From Leucoraja ocellata (Eukaryota): a DNA stretch of 64,000 nt. Shown piece after piece: positions 47,233 through 59,626 of the stretch. The stretch lies in NCBI GenBank assembly GCA_036785375.1, contig JAWMAR010000145.1:5332001-5396000 (forward strand), in the 5' to 3' direction. Position numbers and translations under genes: made by a program. The notes beneath the pieces were generated by a model. The model made no database searches. It was given only the letters and a program-made list of their open reading frames with translations, and was not told the origin of the DNA. Every line of letters begins with the position of its first letter. Positions within the stretch are counted from its first letter, which is position 1.

Positions 47233-47949
47233 ATCTCTCCACCTTCCTATCCCTCCACATCCAAGTGGTAATCTACAACCCTAAAGTATCAAGATATCTG
47301 TAACAGTCCAATTAGGACTTCATGGCCAGCCCTAAATATAAATGTTTCACCATTTGTGACAGTGCTTTCAGCTGCCATCGCCTAAGCTCTGGAAACTCTA
47401 TCTGAAACCTCTCTAGTTCTTCACCTCTTTCTTCATTTAAAACCATAGCTTAAAGCCTGAAAAAAATGTTAAAAAAACATAACAGGATGTTGTAAATCTG
47501 AGATAAAACAGAACATACTAGAAACACTCAACAGATCAGGCAGCATTTGATGAAGGGTCCTGGAACAGAAACTGACAATTTATTTCACAGATACTGTCCG
47601 ATGCTGAGTGTTTCCATTGTATTCTGTTTTTAATGATTCAATGATAAATCCAAGTTGTCGGTTGTAAAAAACATGCAGAATGCAATGATGAAATCAAATG
47701 AAGTCGTCAAATTTATTATTAATATGCATAAGTACAATGAGGTACAATTAAAATCCTGCTTCAGGCAGCATCACAAGCACATAGATACAGGCATAAAAAC
47801 ATAAATTATACATAAAATAAACATAACATTTCTTAAATGGAGAATACTGTTCAAGGAAAGAAGAATGAGAAAGATACAAGACATTGGTGTGAAACACATG
47901 TAGAAAATAATACACTGGTAGGAAATAAAACTGTCAATGGTAGTGCAAG

Positions 47950-48320
47950 AGGTGGTCAATAGTGTTGAGGTAGGGTTAGGCTTGTGCGGGTTGGATCAGG
48001 AAAGTAGCTGTTCCTGTATCCATTGGTGTATGACTTCATGCATCTGTACCTCCTGCCAATAATAGCAGTGAAAACAGGGCATGGCCCAGATGGTGGGGTA
48101 CCTTGATGATAGATGCTGCTCTTCATGAAGCAGTACCTCTTATTTATGCTTTTAATATATGGAAAAGCTGAGTCTACCACTCGCTGCAGAATCTTGCATT
48201 CCTGGGGATTGCAATTGCCATACCAGGCCATGATGTAACTAGTGAGAATACTTTATACAGCACATCTGTACAAGTTTGTTAGAGCATTTACTGGCATGCT
48301 AAATCTCTTTAACCCTCTAA
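47950..48320 (-). mobile_element. Rex1/Babar-type LINE 3' fragment
   Basis: AWYGNCNPQECKILQRVVDSA...GRRYRC matches the Rex1/Babar C-terminal WYGNC..LQRVV..GRRYRS pattern. Confidence 0.75.
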
Positions 48321-49219
48321 GGAAATAGAGGAACTGATATGCTTTCTTCATATTTACACCATTCAACCAAGTGTTTTATCTCTGTCCCATACATTGACTC
48401 ATCTTCCTCAATCAATGTATTCAAAAACACTGTGACCTTAAAGCCTACATTGAGACAGGATAGAGAGTTGGCAGTTTTGCTATAAAAACATAATTTGGGT
48501 TGGTTTATATCAGCCTCCAACTAGTGTAAGAGCCACAAAGCAATACACTACTTTCAAAGCAGCCACAGAGCTTAATACGATCAACCAATGAAAACATTTG
48601 TTTTATTTGGGTGTTGTTATCGCAACTGCAGTACAACCCAATGTTATTCAAAAGAGGATGTTTAAATTGGATGAGGAGATAAGAAATGTATGTTCCATCT
48701 CTTTCTCTAGAATACACAACCATTATCCAACCAACTAACCCTAAAGAAATATTTGGGATGGCTAATCCAGTCTAACTAAGGATAACAATGTTCAAATGTT
48801 GGCTTGATCTTCATGTACGAATAATAGCACAGGGAATATAATCTCTTCGATCCAATTCCAAAACACGAGTAGTATTTTCACTCAGGTAGACGTGAAAGAT
48901 CAAGCAATCACATAGAAAAAGAAGAAAAATCTATGAAACCTATCAATTTGCACTTCTAGAGATAATAGAACCACTTACAGCATTGACTATACTATTGAGC
49001 AACCAGGAAATTACTTCGGAAAGGCAAAAAATAAGCTGTGGAAATCCTTTATCTTCCTACAGCAACAGAACTAGATTCCAGTAGTCCATAATTCTTCCGG
49101 ATTCAACTGATAACCAACTTTTTCTCTGTAACTAAGAACATTCAAATGGTCTGTCGTGAATTCATATCAAAAAAGAAATTAGTCAGTCTAACAATATTTC
49201 CCATCAAAGTCAATAACAA

Positions 49220-49607
49220 TAAAATTATAAAAGGACTGGACAAGCTAGATGCAGGAAAAATGTTCCCAATATTGGGTGAGTCCAGAACCAGGGGCCACAG
49301 TCTTAGAATAAAGGGGTGGTCATTCAAGACTGAGGTGAGAAAAAACGTTTTCACCAAGAGAGTTGTGAATTTATGGAATTCCCTGCCACAGAGGGCAGTG
49401 GAGGCCAAATCACTGGATGAGTTTAAGACAGAGTTAGATAGAGCTCTAGGGGCTAGTGGAGTCAAGGGACATGGGGAGAAGGCAGGCACTGGTTATTGAT
49501 AGGGGACGATCAGCCATGATCACAATGAATGGCGGTGCTGGCTCGAAGGGTCGAATTGCCTCCTCCTGCACATATTTTCTATGTTTCTATGTTTCCATGT
49601 TTCTATG
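49220..49607 (+). mobile_element. Young CR1 LINE 3' fragment
   Basis: Uninterrupted KIIKGLDKLDAGKMFPILGESRTRGHSLRIKG...NLWNSLPQRAVEAKSLDEFKTELDRAL, then a (TTCTATGT)n tail. Confidence 0.92.
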
Positions 49608-50156
49608 CCAGCCTGTTGAACATTTCCGGCATCTGCAGTGTTTTGTTTTTCTAATTGTGAGATTATGAGATGATTATTAAGGCACAAGCTTTATATGTGT
49701 TCTGATCTGAATCACCAAGTCTGGTCCAATAAAGTAAAATGGTTAAACAGGGGACATTTTTCTGAACTTTTTTTTCTGCCAGTTCAATAAGTAATCATAT
49801 CGTTTATTGATAGGAATACTTATCAGAAAAGTGTCAGAAGAGTGATGTCTTCTTGGATAATCTGTTCGATTCTGATGAGGGAATGTGTACCATCTAAAAT
49901 AGAAAGCACCCAACTGTAACTAAAAACCTGGATCAATTGGGAGCAGTGATTTATTTTAGGATATGAAAATACAGGGAATCTTCAGTGTACACAACCGTTT
50001 CTTATTTATTCACATTGCAAAGATGGACGCACAATGTTTACCTTTGGATTTGTTTTAAAGATTAGAAGGCAGTTTGGAAGATAAATCTTTGTGCAGTTTT
50101 AACCATTTTGATATTGTAATAACGTTTTGCAAAAAAACATTGGGGCATTTTTACTT

Positions 50157-50380
50157 AAGATAGACACAAAATGCTGGTGTAACCCAACGGGACAGGCAGC
50201 ATCTCTGGAGAAGGAAAGGGGCTGCCGTTTCGGGTCGAGACCCTTCTTCAGACTGAGGAAAGGTCTCGACCCGAAACGTCACCAATTCCTTTTCTCCAGA
50301 GATGCTGCCAGTCCCGCTGAGTTACTCCAGCATGTTGTGCCTATCTTCGGTTTAAACCAGCATCTGCAGTTCCTTCCTGG
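50157..50380. mobile_element. Palindromic head-to-head PLE-tail element with two hammerhead-like cores
   Basis: Arms 50157-50251 and 50253-50347 are imperfect reverse complements centred on 50252. Confidence 0.82.
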
Positions 50381-50873
50381 ACATTTTTATTTAACAGCCA
50401 AGTATGCAGCACATTTTAGGTTGCATTTGGGATTCCAGCATCAAAAAGATTTCTTTGATACTCTAGGTTCATTATCGTTCATAGTTCATTATTGTTCAGT
50501 TAAAATCACCAGATAAACAAACATAAATAATTAGATTTGATTAGTGAGCGATCCAGTACATTTTGGTTTCAAAACTTTCTTTTACCTGAAAATCCACATT
50601 TGAATTCGATGGTTGACGAAGTTGTAGATTCAGTTTTTGACATCAACATAAACTCACGTTGAGGAGAAAACGCAGTGCTACTTCCACTATTCTCACTCCA
50701 CCACTGATGCGATGTAACTGCCCACAAAGAGGCCACCTTTTCAATGTTCAAAGCTGAGTACACATCGCTGAGTTCAAGATTAGTTGAAATTCTTGTAAAT
50801 TAATGGTAAGTTTATTTTCTTCTAATACTTAGCAGATTGAGATATGATGGTGTATCAGCAAACTTCAAGTTTT

Positions 50874-51106
50874 GGGCGGCCACGGTGGTGCAGCAGTAGA
50901 GTTGCTGTCTTAGAGCGACAGCGTTGGAGACCCCGGTTCGATCCTAACTCCGGCTGCTTGTCTGTACGGAGTTTGTAAGTTCTCGCCGTGACCGCGTGGG
51001 GTTTCTCCGAGATCTCCGGTTTCCTCCCATACAGTGTGTGTAAGTTAATTAGCTTTGTTATAATTGGCCGAAGGGCCTGTTTCCGCGCTGTATCTCTCAA
51101 CTAAAT
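50874..51106 (+). mobile_element. HE1-type tRNA-derived SINE (internally deleted)
   Basis: GGGCGGCCACGGTGGTGCAGCAGTAGAGTTG...CCGGTTCGATCC...CGTGGGGTTTCTCCG. Confidence 0.85.
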
Positions 51107-52297
51107 TTTATGCGAGGGTTAGAGAATTGGCTGGGGTAAGAATTGGCTGGCTTCCTACCTCCTTGCACTATCCCAACATCATTACCAATGTTAAACAAGT
51201 AGGACGCTTCAAAACCGGGGAATGTTCAATTTGCTTCCAAATTTTGCTTTCATTAAAATAATATAATCAATAAGTTTGGCTCGGAAAATGTTCTTCCGCA
51301 TACAAATTATTCCGTTTAGAAATATTCCCAGCATTATAATTATTAAGCAAGTTTTTTTTTCTTACGTTACTTCGAGGATGGATTCATTATTATTTCAAGT
51401 ACCATTACTCGAATTTGTTATGTGTATTCAATGACAGGAATTCTATTTAAAATTGACATAACTCCACTTATTTGGGTGCCTGGTTAATTTGAAGATCAAC
51501 TTTATTAATCGCAACCCTGTTTAAATTTTAGCCTCAATGGCCCATTACAAATCACAATTTGTCCCGCCGTTCCAAATTCGATAACTAATTTCATTCTTTC
51601 CCAGAGATGCATTTCCGCTAATGTTATTTTTAAAGAACAGTCTATTATACTATCCTGAAGTCTCAAAACATAGCCTGTCCAATCTCTCCACATATGCTGT
51701 TTGACCCGCCGAGTTCCTCCAACCCTTTGGTGCTTTGCTCAAGATTCCAGCATCTGAAGTCTCTCGTACCTCCGTCAACCCTGGGAAAAAAAGGAGCCCT
51801 TTAAATTAGAAATTCAATTGTAAATCTGTCGACACGAGCAGTTTTAATTACAAAAGCTAATGTCTCAGCCATTCGTTTTGCTGGAAGGCTAATTTTGAAA
51901 ATAACATTCGATATAAAAACGCACCTTGAGAAATAATACAATATTGTGATGCTCTTGTAAAGGACAGTCACTATCCATTGGCCGCATACCTTGGGAATGC
52001 ATGCAATGCATGTTCTTATGTGGATCAGGAGGATGGCATTTGCGTTGAATAAAACGAGACCTGTGGCCCCAAACTGGCAAATATCACAACCTGTTGCTGC
52101 CCAGAGTTGCTGCCTGACCCGTTGAGTTACTCCAGTATATTTTGTCTATTTTACGAAAAAAACAGAAACTGGGCCAAATCCACTTCAGATTTCCCCCCAA
52201 ATAAAGATAATTAATGATTTATATGATACGATACGTTAAGCTACTGAAAGTAAGAATTTAATTGTTCCGTAGTCGATACATAAGACAACTAAAAACT

Positions 52298-52394
52298 GAG
52301 TTTGAAGAAGGGTTTCGGCCCGAAACGTTGCCTATTTCCTTCGCTCCATAGATGCTGCTGCACCCGCTGAGTTTCTCCAGCTTTTTTGTGTAAC
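52298..52394 (+). mobile_element. 97 bp PLE-derived mini-element with 12 bp TSD
   Basis: CAACTAAAAACT at 52286-52297 and 52395-52406; core TTGAAGAAGGGTTTCGGCCCGAAACGTT. Confidence 0.85.
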
Positions 52395-53199
52395 CAACTA
52401 AAAACTCTTGACGCCTCTTGTCGATGGGTCTTATTTGTCTTATTTTCTCCTGTAAGCAGAGTGTGGAGATCGCTTCCTTTGCTGCAAGTTGCAGGAAGCT
52501 TACGATAGTTATATATCTCTGTTCATTGTAACATGTTGATCGTACTTATGTTATAAACGCGGGCCTGCCCCCCGTGAACCAATGATAGTAGAATAGCATC
52601 ATCAACCCCACCTTACTGTATGCTTTATATTAACACCCACTTCCTACATTAGGTAGTCTTGGAAGCGGTGATGATGAATTAACAGCTAGCAACCTGCTGT
52701 ACCGCTATACTATGTGTTTCAATTAAAGATTACTTTAATTGCCTGTACAGTTTTATCCACGGATACTGCCTGATTCACTTAGTTCTTCCAGCATTCTCCC
52801 CCCCCCCCCCCCCCCAATCGGGACAGAGGCGCAGTTTTGTTATTCTTTCCGTGCAGCGTGAGGCAGTTTTGCAGGACTCCCATTGACGGTGTTCAACATA
52901 CATTCACTGCAGGATGTCGAGGTAATGCGATATGCGATAATGATCTGACCAATAAAACGAGCCACATTTCTCAACTGAAAGCCCACCGACTTCCACCTAT
53001 CGTGCTTTTAAAATGATTGATGTTGCTCATCAGGTTCCAGAAGTGCATTATAAGTGTTGGATGATCTTGCTTTACCGGGATAAAATTGAAGTAGATTAAT
53101 AATCCGCCTGTCTGATCCCCAACTATGGGATTGCATTAAATCTAACATCTAAATTTGGGTGGGATTTACTTTGCCGAGGGTGTAACTAATTCCCGAAAG

Positions 53200-54262
53200 T
53201 AGAAACACAGCAAGTCAGGCGGCATCGATGAAGGAGAAACGCAACTCTAAACAAAGGTTTGCAACTCGAAACGTTCAGTCTGTTTCTCCTTCCATAAACG
53301 GTGTTGACCTGTTGTGTGTTTTATGTATTTTCTGCTTTTATTTCAGATTTCCAGCATTAGATTATATTTTCAGGTAAAACGGGGAAACTGATTAAAACAC
53401 AAACTGCTGAAGTAACTCAGCGGGCCAGGCAACATCTGCGGATGGAATGGAGAGGCACCAAATGCTGGAGTAACTGGACAAATATTCTCTACCCGAAACG
53501 TCACCTATACCTTCTTTCCAGAGATGCTGCCTGTCCCGCTTAGTTACTCAATAATTTTGTGTCTATCTTCGGTGGTGCAAAGCAGCACCTGCTGTTCTTT
53601 TCTACAGGAATGGATAGGTACCGCTGCGGGTCTGGCCATTCTTCAGATTCAAGAAAGATCCCGACCCGACGTCTATTCATTCCTTCGCCCCGACGCTGTC
53701 GGATTTACTGAGTTACTCCAACACTTTGTGGTTTCAGTACCAGCAGTTCCTCATGTCTCCAAACTGGGGTTAACAATGCAATTATGCACTGAAGTGACAT
53801 TCAGCTGGATTGTAACCAAATGGCGCCACCCACTCTTCTCTTGGCGCTCCTGTGCTTGTTCAATACCTAACTCACGGTTTCCATTCAGTATCTTTGAGAC
53901 GCAGGCAATATTTTGTACTGCCGCTTAAATTCTGGAATTGCCCAGTAACGTATTAAACATCGCTCGAGATGCTTTTCGTTGGATAAACCATCCACACAAG
54001 CCATTAGCAACGAATACTAGATGCCTTTCAATGCGTCGAGAAGCTTTCTTTGTGGATCGCCCTAGACACAAAATATCGGAGGCATTTCTGCTGTGCAGAA
54101 CTTCGGATTAGTTTAAGGTAGGTGCAACACGTTAGACGTCATGGTGAGTCACCAATGAGTTTTGCGATTGAAATGATAAGCCCAATTGAAGAAGGGTCCG
54201 ATCCGAAACGTCAACCATCATTTTTCTCCAGAGATGCTGCCTGACCCGCTGAGTTGTGTCTA
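53200..54262. mobile_element. Cluster of PLE-tail fragments in both orientations
   Basis: ACCCGAAACGTCACC (~53491), TTGAAGAAGGGTCCGATCCGAAACGTC (54186-54212) and several GATGCTGCCTG(A/T)CCCGCT arms. Confidence 0.65.
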
Positions 54263-55479
54263 AACATGTTAGTTTAGCAAACGGATATGAAAAATACTGG
54301 CAGCAGATGAGACGATTCTCCATCTGCACATTAAATCTTCTACCCGTGTTAATCCTTTCTTGAAACAACTTGGAGCCGAAATTCTAGTCTTTGTTCGTCA
54401 TAATAATAAAAAAAACTAGTACACAGTAACTGGCTTCTATAACTTTTTATTTGAGGAAAATCTTCAAAGACAGCTGTTCTGGTAAACGTTGCACCTAATC
54501 GCATCGCCAAAAAATATTGGGCTGAAAGCATTCTGCAGCACTTTTATTTTAAGTGCAATACAGCCGCCAGGCTATCCATGCTGCGGTTTAAGCTGCAAAT
54601 TTCATATATTTCCCCAACAAACGCACTGTACATGCATTCATTCATACAGTAATAGTGGCAGTGAATGTGTCCGTTTTCTCAGTAATATCTGATGGGCATT
54701 ATTAGCTGACGTGACGATCAGGAAAAAAAAAAACCAAAGACTAGAAAAGCCAATACATCGTATTGAGGTTGCAGATTTTCTCAGGAATATGTCGGGAGGC
54801 AGAAAGTAACCAACGACTACAATATGAAGCATTGATGTCTTTATTTCTCCTGAGCTTATCAAGTTGGTTTTTGGACAAGCATCAGAAGTATACTGAGATT
54901 GGAGTTTGAACAGGAAGATAAACGAAAAAGGAGCCCTTGTCAATTTTAAACCTGTAACAAAAGACCTAAACATAACCCCCGTTACGCTTCAATAGTTGAC
55001 AAAAAGCATATGGCTGCATCCAAGTCATTGGGTATTCAAGAGGAAAAGGCAGCAGGGAAAGCCAAGGCTTAGCTTGTGACGGGCAACTTGGATAGATGTA
55101 AGCCCAGCACATGTCATTTGTATTGGTCCTTCCAACACAACGATAGAAAAATGTACAATGTATAAAGGAATGTTGAGACACTCACACCACACATTAAAAC
55201 AAATGCAGCGTGGTTAAAAAATGCTAAGATCCACAGTAAATTTAGAAAAGTGGCTGTACACATTAGATGAGATACTTTTATTGTCACGCGACATGTCACA
55301 ATGAGATGCTTAGTTTTGCATACCTAGGCAAACAAAGAGTCGCCACATAAAGGGCGCCAAGTGACCAGAGGCCAAAAGGAATCTATTGCTCTCCCAAAAA
55401 AGTATCAACATCTACTTTTTAGTTATGTGGATAGTCCATGTTGGCAGAGTTATGATGCAACTTTATGTCATTACCATTG

Positions 55480-55757
55480 GATACATACAAGACGCTGGAG
55501 TAACTCAGTGGGTCAGGCAGCATCTCTGGCAAACTGCAGATGCTGGTTTATACTGAAGATATACACAAAATATGTGTATCCTGCTGAGATGATTCAGCTT
55601 ATTGTGTCTATCATCGGTATAAACTAGCATTGGCAGTTCCTTCTTACACATTTTGTCTGCTCCACTGCTCTCCAGAGATGCTGCCTGGCCTGCCGAGTTA
55701 CTCCAGTATTTTGTGTCTATCTTTGGTATAAACCAGCATCTGCAGTTCCTTCCTATA
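55480..55757. mobile_element. PLE-tail inverted fragments
   Basis: GCTGGAGTAACTCAGTGGGTCAGGCAGCATCTCTGG and TCCAGAGATGCTGCCTGGCCTGCCGAGTTACTCCAG. Confidence 0.7.
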
Positions 55758-56784
55758 CCATTGAACCTACATGAAAATATAATTGTGGCTTGGAAGCCTC
55801 GTGTTTGGAATTTATTTCAGTTGTGTCAGATATCTACAGCCAACATCGACCATTCAAAAGTAAATCTTCTCAATGTATCTTTTCACTTTCTTCTTTTCTA
55901 AATTTACCATAAACATCGCTAAACATAATTAAGTGCATGGTTATTGTAATTAATGTTATGAAGTACAACGTTTTACAATCAAGAACACAATTAATCATTC
56001 TAACTATGAAGTAATTGGTGGGGTAATGTGAAACTGCCACGAGACATCAATCTCAGAGCCAGGGAGTTGTGGATTCAAGTCCAACTCTCAACACTCGAGT
56101 GTAGACATTCTGGCTGAACATCACTGATGTAACTGTGAGAGAATGTTGTCAGAATGCATTTTTTTTACATGAGACACTAAAATCAAGGCACTCAAAATGG
56201 CTGCAAAATATTTAATTGCATATTTTTGAAAAGCATGATAGATTGTGGGAAATTATCTCTGCTGTTTAGAATAGAATAGAATAGTTTCTTTATTGTCATT
56301 GTAACATGGGCCATGTTTGGAGAATCGAGTTCTGAGGAGTCATGGTCTAAATATTAGAGTGACATGTTGCAGGATTGGTTAACCAATTTCCAAATGGCCA
56401 GGGTGATGGAAAGATTTACCTGGATCGGGAGCGCTCCAATAATTTCAGCAGGTGAACTTTAGACTTTTTCTTTGTAAATGGCGCGAAAATATGGCGACTG
56501 TGCATACGTGTCAATAAGGAACCATTGACCCATTATTTTCATCAAATGTTAATTGATACCAGGTGTATTGTTAATCTTAAAACATGATTTTTTGTTAACC
56601 AAGAACAATAATAGATATGTGGATTTTTTTTTAAAAATCATATCAGTTTACTAAACAACCAAACTCATTTGAGAGCTAAATACTCAACTCTTGTTCCACG
56701 TTTTCCTTACTGCCTTAGCCAACATCACAAAATAAAATGATCCATCTCCAGTGGACCACAAAAATCAAGATTGATAGTAATACA

Positions 56785-57220
56785 TGAGTGCTGCACAGCA
56801 GAGGTGTTGTCGTTCAGATGAGACATTTAACTGAGGACTCATTAGCTCAAGGATAGAAAAGAGTAGAATGTCACTGTTTTGAAGACGACCAACCATTTCT
56901 GGTATTCTGATCAATATTTATCTCACAATTAATAATTCCAAAATAGGTTATCAAGCTGAAACCAAATTGGTGTTTCTGGGAGAAAATAGCTTCTGTGGTT
57001 CCTCACATTTCAAAAGTACTTAATTAGTGGTGGAATGCTTTGGATTGCTCTGAAAATTATGCATAAAGCACTAAATCAACATTTAAAAAATATGATATAT
57101 TTCACATTGCTGTTAGTGGCAGCTTGATATACACAAATTGGCTGCTGTGCTTCCTATATTTTACAGTGACTATATTGTACTAAGTGACCATGAAGTGGTT
57201 TGGTATGTCCTGAGACCATA
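56785..57220 (+). mobile_element. Ancient DeuSINE-like (SacSINE/AmnSINE-related) relics
   Basis: GAGTGCTGCACAGCAGAGGTG...CAGATGAGACATTTAACTGAGG and CATTGCTGTTAGTGGCAGCTTG...CAAATTGGCTGCTGTGCTTCCTA...ACAGTGACTA resemble the Deu domain as I recall it. Confidence 0.6.
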
Positions 57221-57598
57221 CAAGGCACTGCAGAAAACCTTGTCTTTCTTTTTCCAATGGGTATTGAAGTATTTTATTAAATACTTACTTCTTAAACAAT
57301 CATAAACTTCCTTGTACATCAATAAGTATGTTACAAGTTTAAAAAAAAAAATAAAGCGCATCAAAACGTGGTATTTTTATTAAAATGCTGCATTTGTCAC
57401 CATGTCAAAAATCAATGGACTACTCTGCAAAATTCATCACCAATAAAATGCAATCAAATATGTTTCAATAAAAAGTTGTATTTTAAGTTCAAAACGGTTA
57501 AAAATTGAATTATTGTGGGATTTATCAAACTTTTAACGGAAAGTATATATTTTCTCATTTGTCTTCATTTCTGTATCGTTTCTTCAACCAACAGCACA

Positions 57599-58283
57599 GT
57601 TTATAATAGTCTTTGCAGATTTATTTTAAGGTGTCCATATATAACTCACCACTGTTCTATGTACGAAACTCTAAACTGGTTATCCCTCCACGCTCGAAGA
57701 TGCTACCACTGGTTCCAGTTCATCTTTAAATGCATCCATCCCAATTACCCTTCTTATCTAAAACAAGACCTATTACCATACACACCCTCATACTCACTAA
57801 GACATATTCAGCAACCCTTCTTTTTCATTCCAAGAACTAACAAAGAAATTGGGAGACGTGCATTTAAATTCAAAGCTCCTTCTGACTGGAACACTTTGCC
57901 TAGTACCATAAGAACTATTAGCTCATTTCGTCTATTTAAAAATACACTTTTACCCTTCCTTATAAAATCATGTACCTGTTTCTAGTATTAGTCTTCAAGC
58001 TCCTTTATCTAGCTTGCTCTGTGTGTGATCATTTGCGCTGTAACATATAACTGTTATTATTATTGGATATGTAAAGTCAATTAACAATTGTTATAAACTA
58101 TAACAAGTGGGGATGGAGGGGTTATAGGATTGGTGTGTGGGTAGGTGGGTCTTTATGTATGTTATGTCTTGTGCTGTATGTTTTATGTTGGACCCCCTCG
58201 AAAACGAGATGACTGTCCATCTCAAGGGGTTATCCATGAATAAACTTGTTTCAAACTTGTTTCAAGTTAAATTAAATTGTTTA
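57599..58283 (+). mobile_element. 5'-truncated L2-clade (Crack/L2-like) LINE with intact ORF2 end and 13 bp TSD
   Basis: RFIL..THHCSMYETLNWLSLHARR..HW..FIFK..PSYL..YSLRH..IGRRAFKFKAPSDWNTLP to stop at 57985; AACCAACAGCACA at 57586-57598 and 58284-58296; tail (AAACTTGTTTC)2. Confidence 0.82.
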
Positions 58284-58732
58284 AACCAACAGCACAACAA
58301 AGCAGGTTATCAACTTACTGTGTTGTGGTGGGTGATTGCAACCTTCATGTGGTCCGCCCCGTTTCGACGAATGCAATCAACCTGGTGTGCACAATCAAAT
58401 AAGATCAAAATAGAGCAAGTTGTCATCCAACCTAGGCTGTGCACGCCATATGCAAGAAGAAGAACTTACTATGTAATTTCCAGCAACCATGTACAGCGGA
58501 TGGACAACAGGAATGGGGTAGGGAGAGGCATATTATCTGCAGGTCTACCTGTGGTACTGATAAACACTGCTTATTGACAATCCTGCAGTGATTCAACTTG
58601 GAAAGGTTCAGGTCTTAACACTGTGGAGGAAGTGCATTAATTGCATACTTTGCTACTATTTTGTTCATGCTTCACTTCTTTTACTTCGCCAGGTACAAAG
58701 TTTGACATTTTGAAAACAAATAAAATTCTACA

Positions 58733-59047
58733 AAGTTTAGTTTAGAGATACAGCGCGGGAACAGGCGCTTCGACCCTCCGAGTATACACTGACCAGTGAT
58801 CCACGCACACTAACACTACCCGACACACACTAGGGTCAATTTGTATTCATACCAAGTGAATTAACCTACAAACTTGTCCATCTTTGGAGTGTGGGAGGAA
58901 ACCGAAGAACTCGGAGAAAACCCACGCAGGTCACAGGGAGAACGTATAAACTCCGTACAGACAGCACCCATACTCGGGATCAAGCCCAGGACCCTGGTTT
59001 CTAGGGCTGTAAGGCAGCAACTCTACCGCTGTGCCACCGTGCCGCCC
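58733..59047 (-). mobile_element. HE1-type tRNA-derived SINE
   Basis: Revcomp GGGCGGCACGGTGGCACAGCGGTAGAGTTGCTGCCTTACAG; AGTTT tail repeats at the left end. Confidence 0.88.
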
Positions 59048-59534
59048 AAGTCTGCGGTGCAATCGAGCCTTTTGTTATTTCCTCAAAATAAATCACATTT
59101 TTCTTTCATTATTGATTTCCCTGCAATACAAAGTTACGATCGTCCATTAGATATAAACATGAAGTGCAAAGTACTTGATTAACCTCTGTACTTCAGCAGC
59201 CTGGATAACACCTTGCCTCTCCTCACCTGTCTTCCAGTCACTTTATTGTCTATCATTAAACAAGGAAAGGTAAATCTGTGAATTTGCAACCAAAAACTTT
59301 CAAACTTTCCAAGTTGATGAGTTTGTTGGTCAGTGCACTTGTATATAAGCAAGACCTAAACAAATGCAAAGTTGCAGATGTTCTTGCCAAAACTATCCTT
59401 TTCTCTAGGTTTCAAAAGTCATTTCACTGGTTGGGCAAGTATATGAATAAACAACAGAAAATGTACACTTGAACAAACATGTTTGGTCTGGTTTACCATG
59501 TGTCCTTTGCAAGGTAAGTGGGAGGCTTGGGCAA

Positions 59535-59626
59535 AATACAAATTGCTGGTGGAAATCAGCGGGTCAGGCAGCATCTGTGAAAGAATGAAAAGGCGACGTT
59601 TCGGGTCGGGACCCTCTTGTCAGACT
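59535..59626 (-). mobile_element. PLE tail with hammerhead-like variant
   Basis: Minus strand CTGACAAGAGGGTCCCGACCCGAAACGTC at 59623-59595. Confidence 0.7.

Noticed and set aside
50569-50790. Minus ORF ending at a CAG|GTAAAA donor-like site
   Set aside because: No recognisable homology or clear acceptor; insufficient support.
54870-55110. Charged peptide ILRLEFEQEDKRKR...GIQEEKAAGKAKA on plus
   Set aside because: Interrupted by stops, with no recognisable family or splice context.
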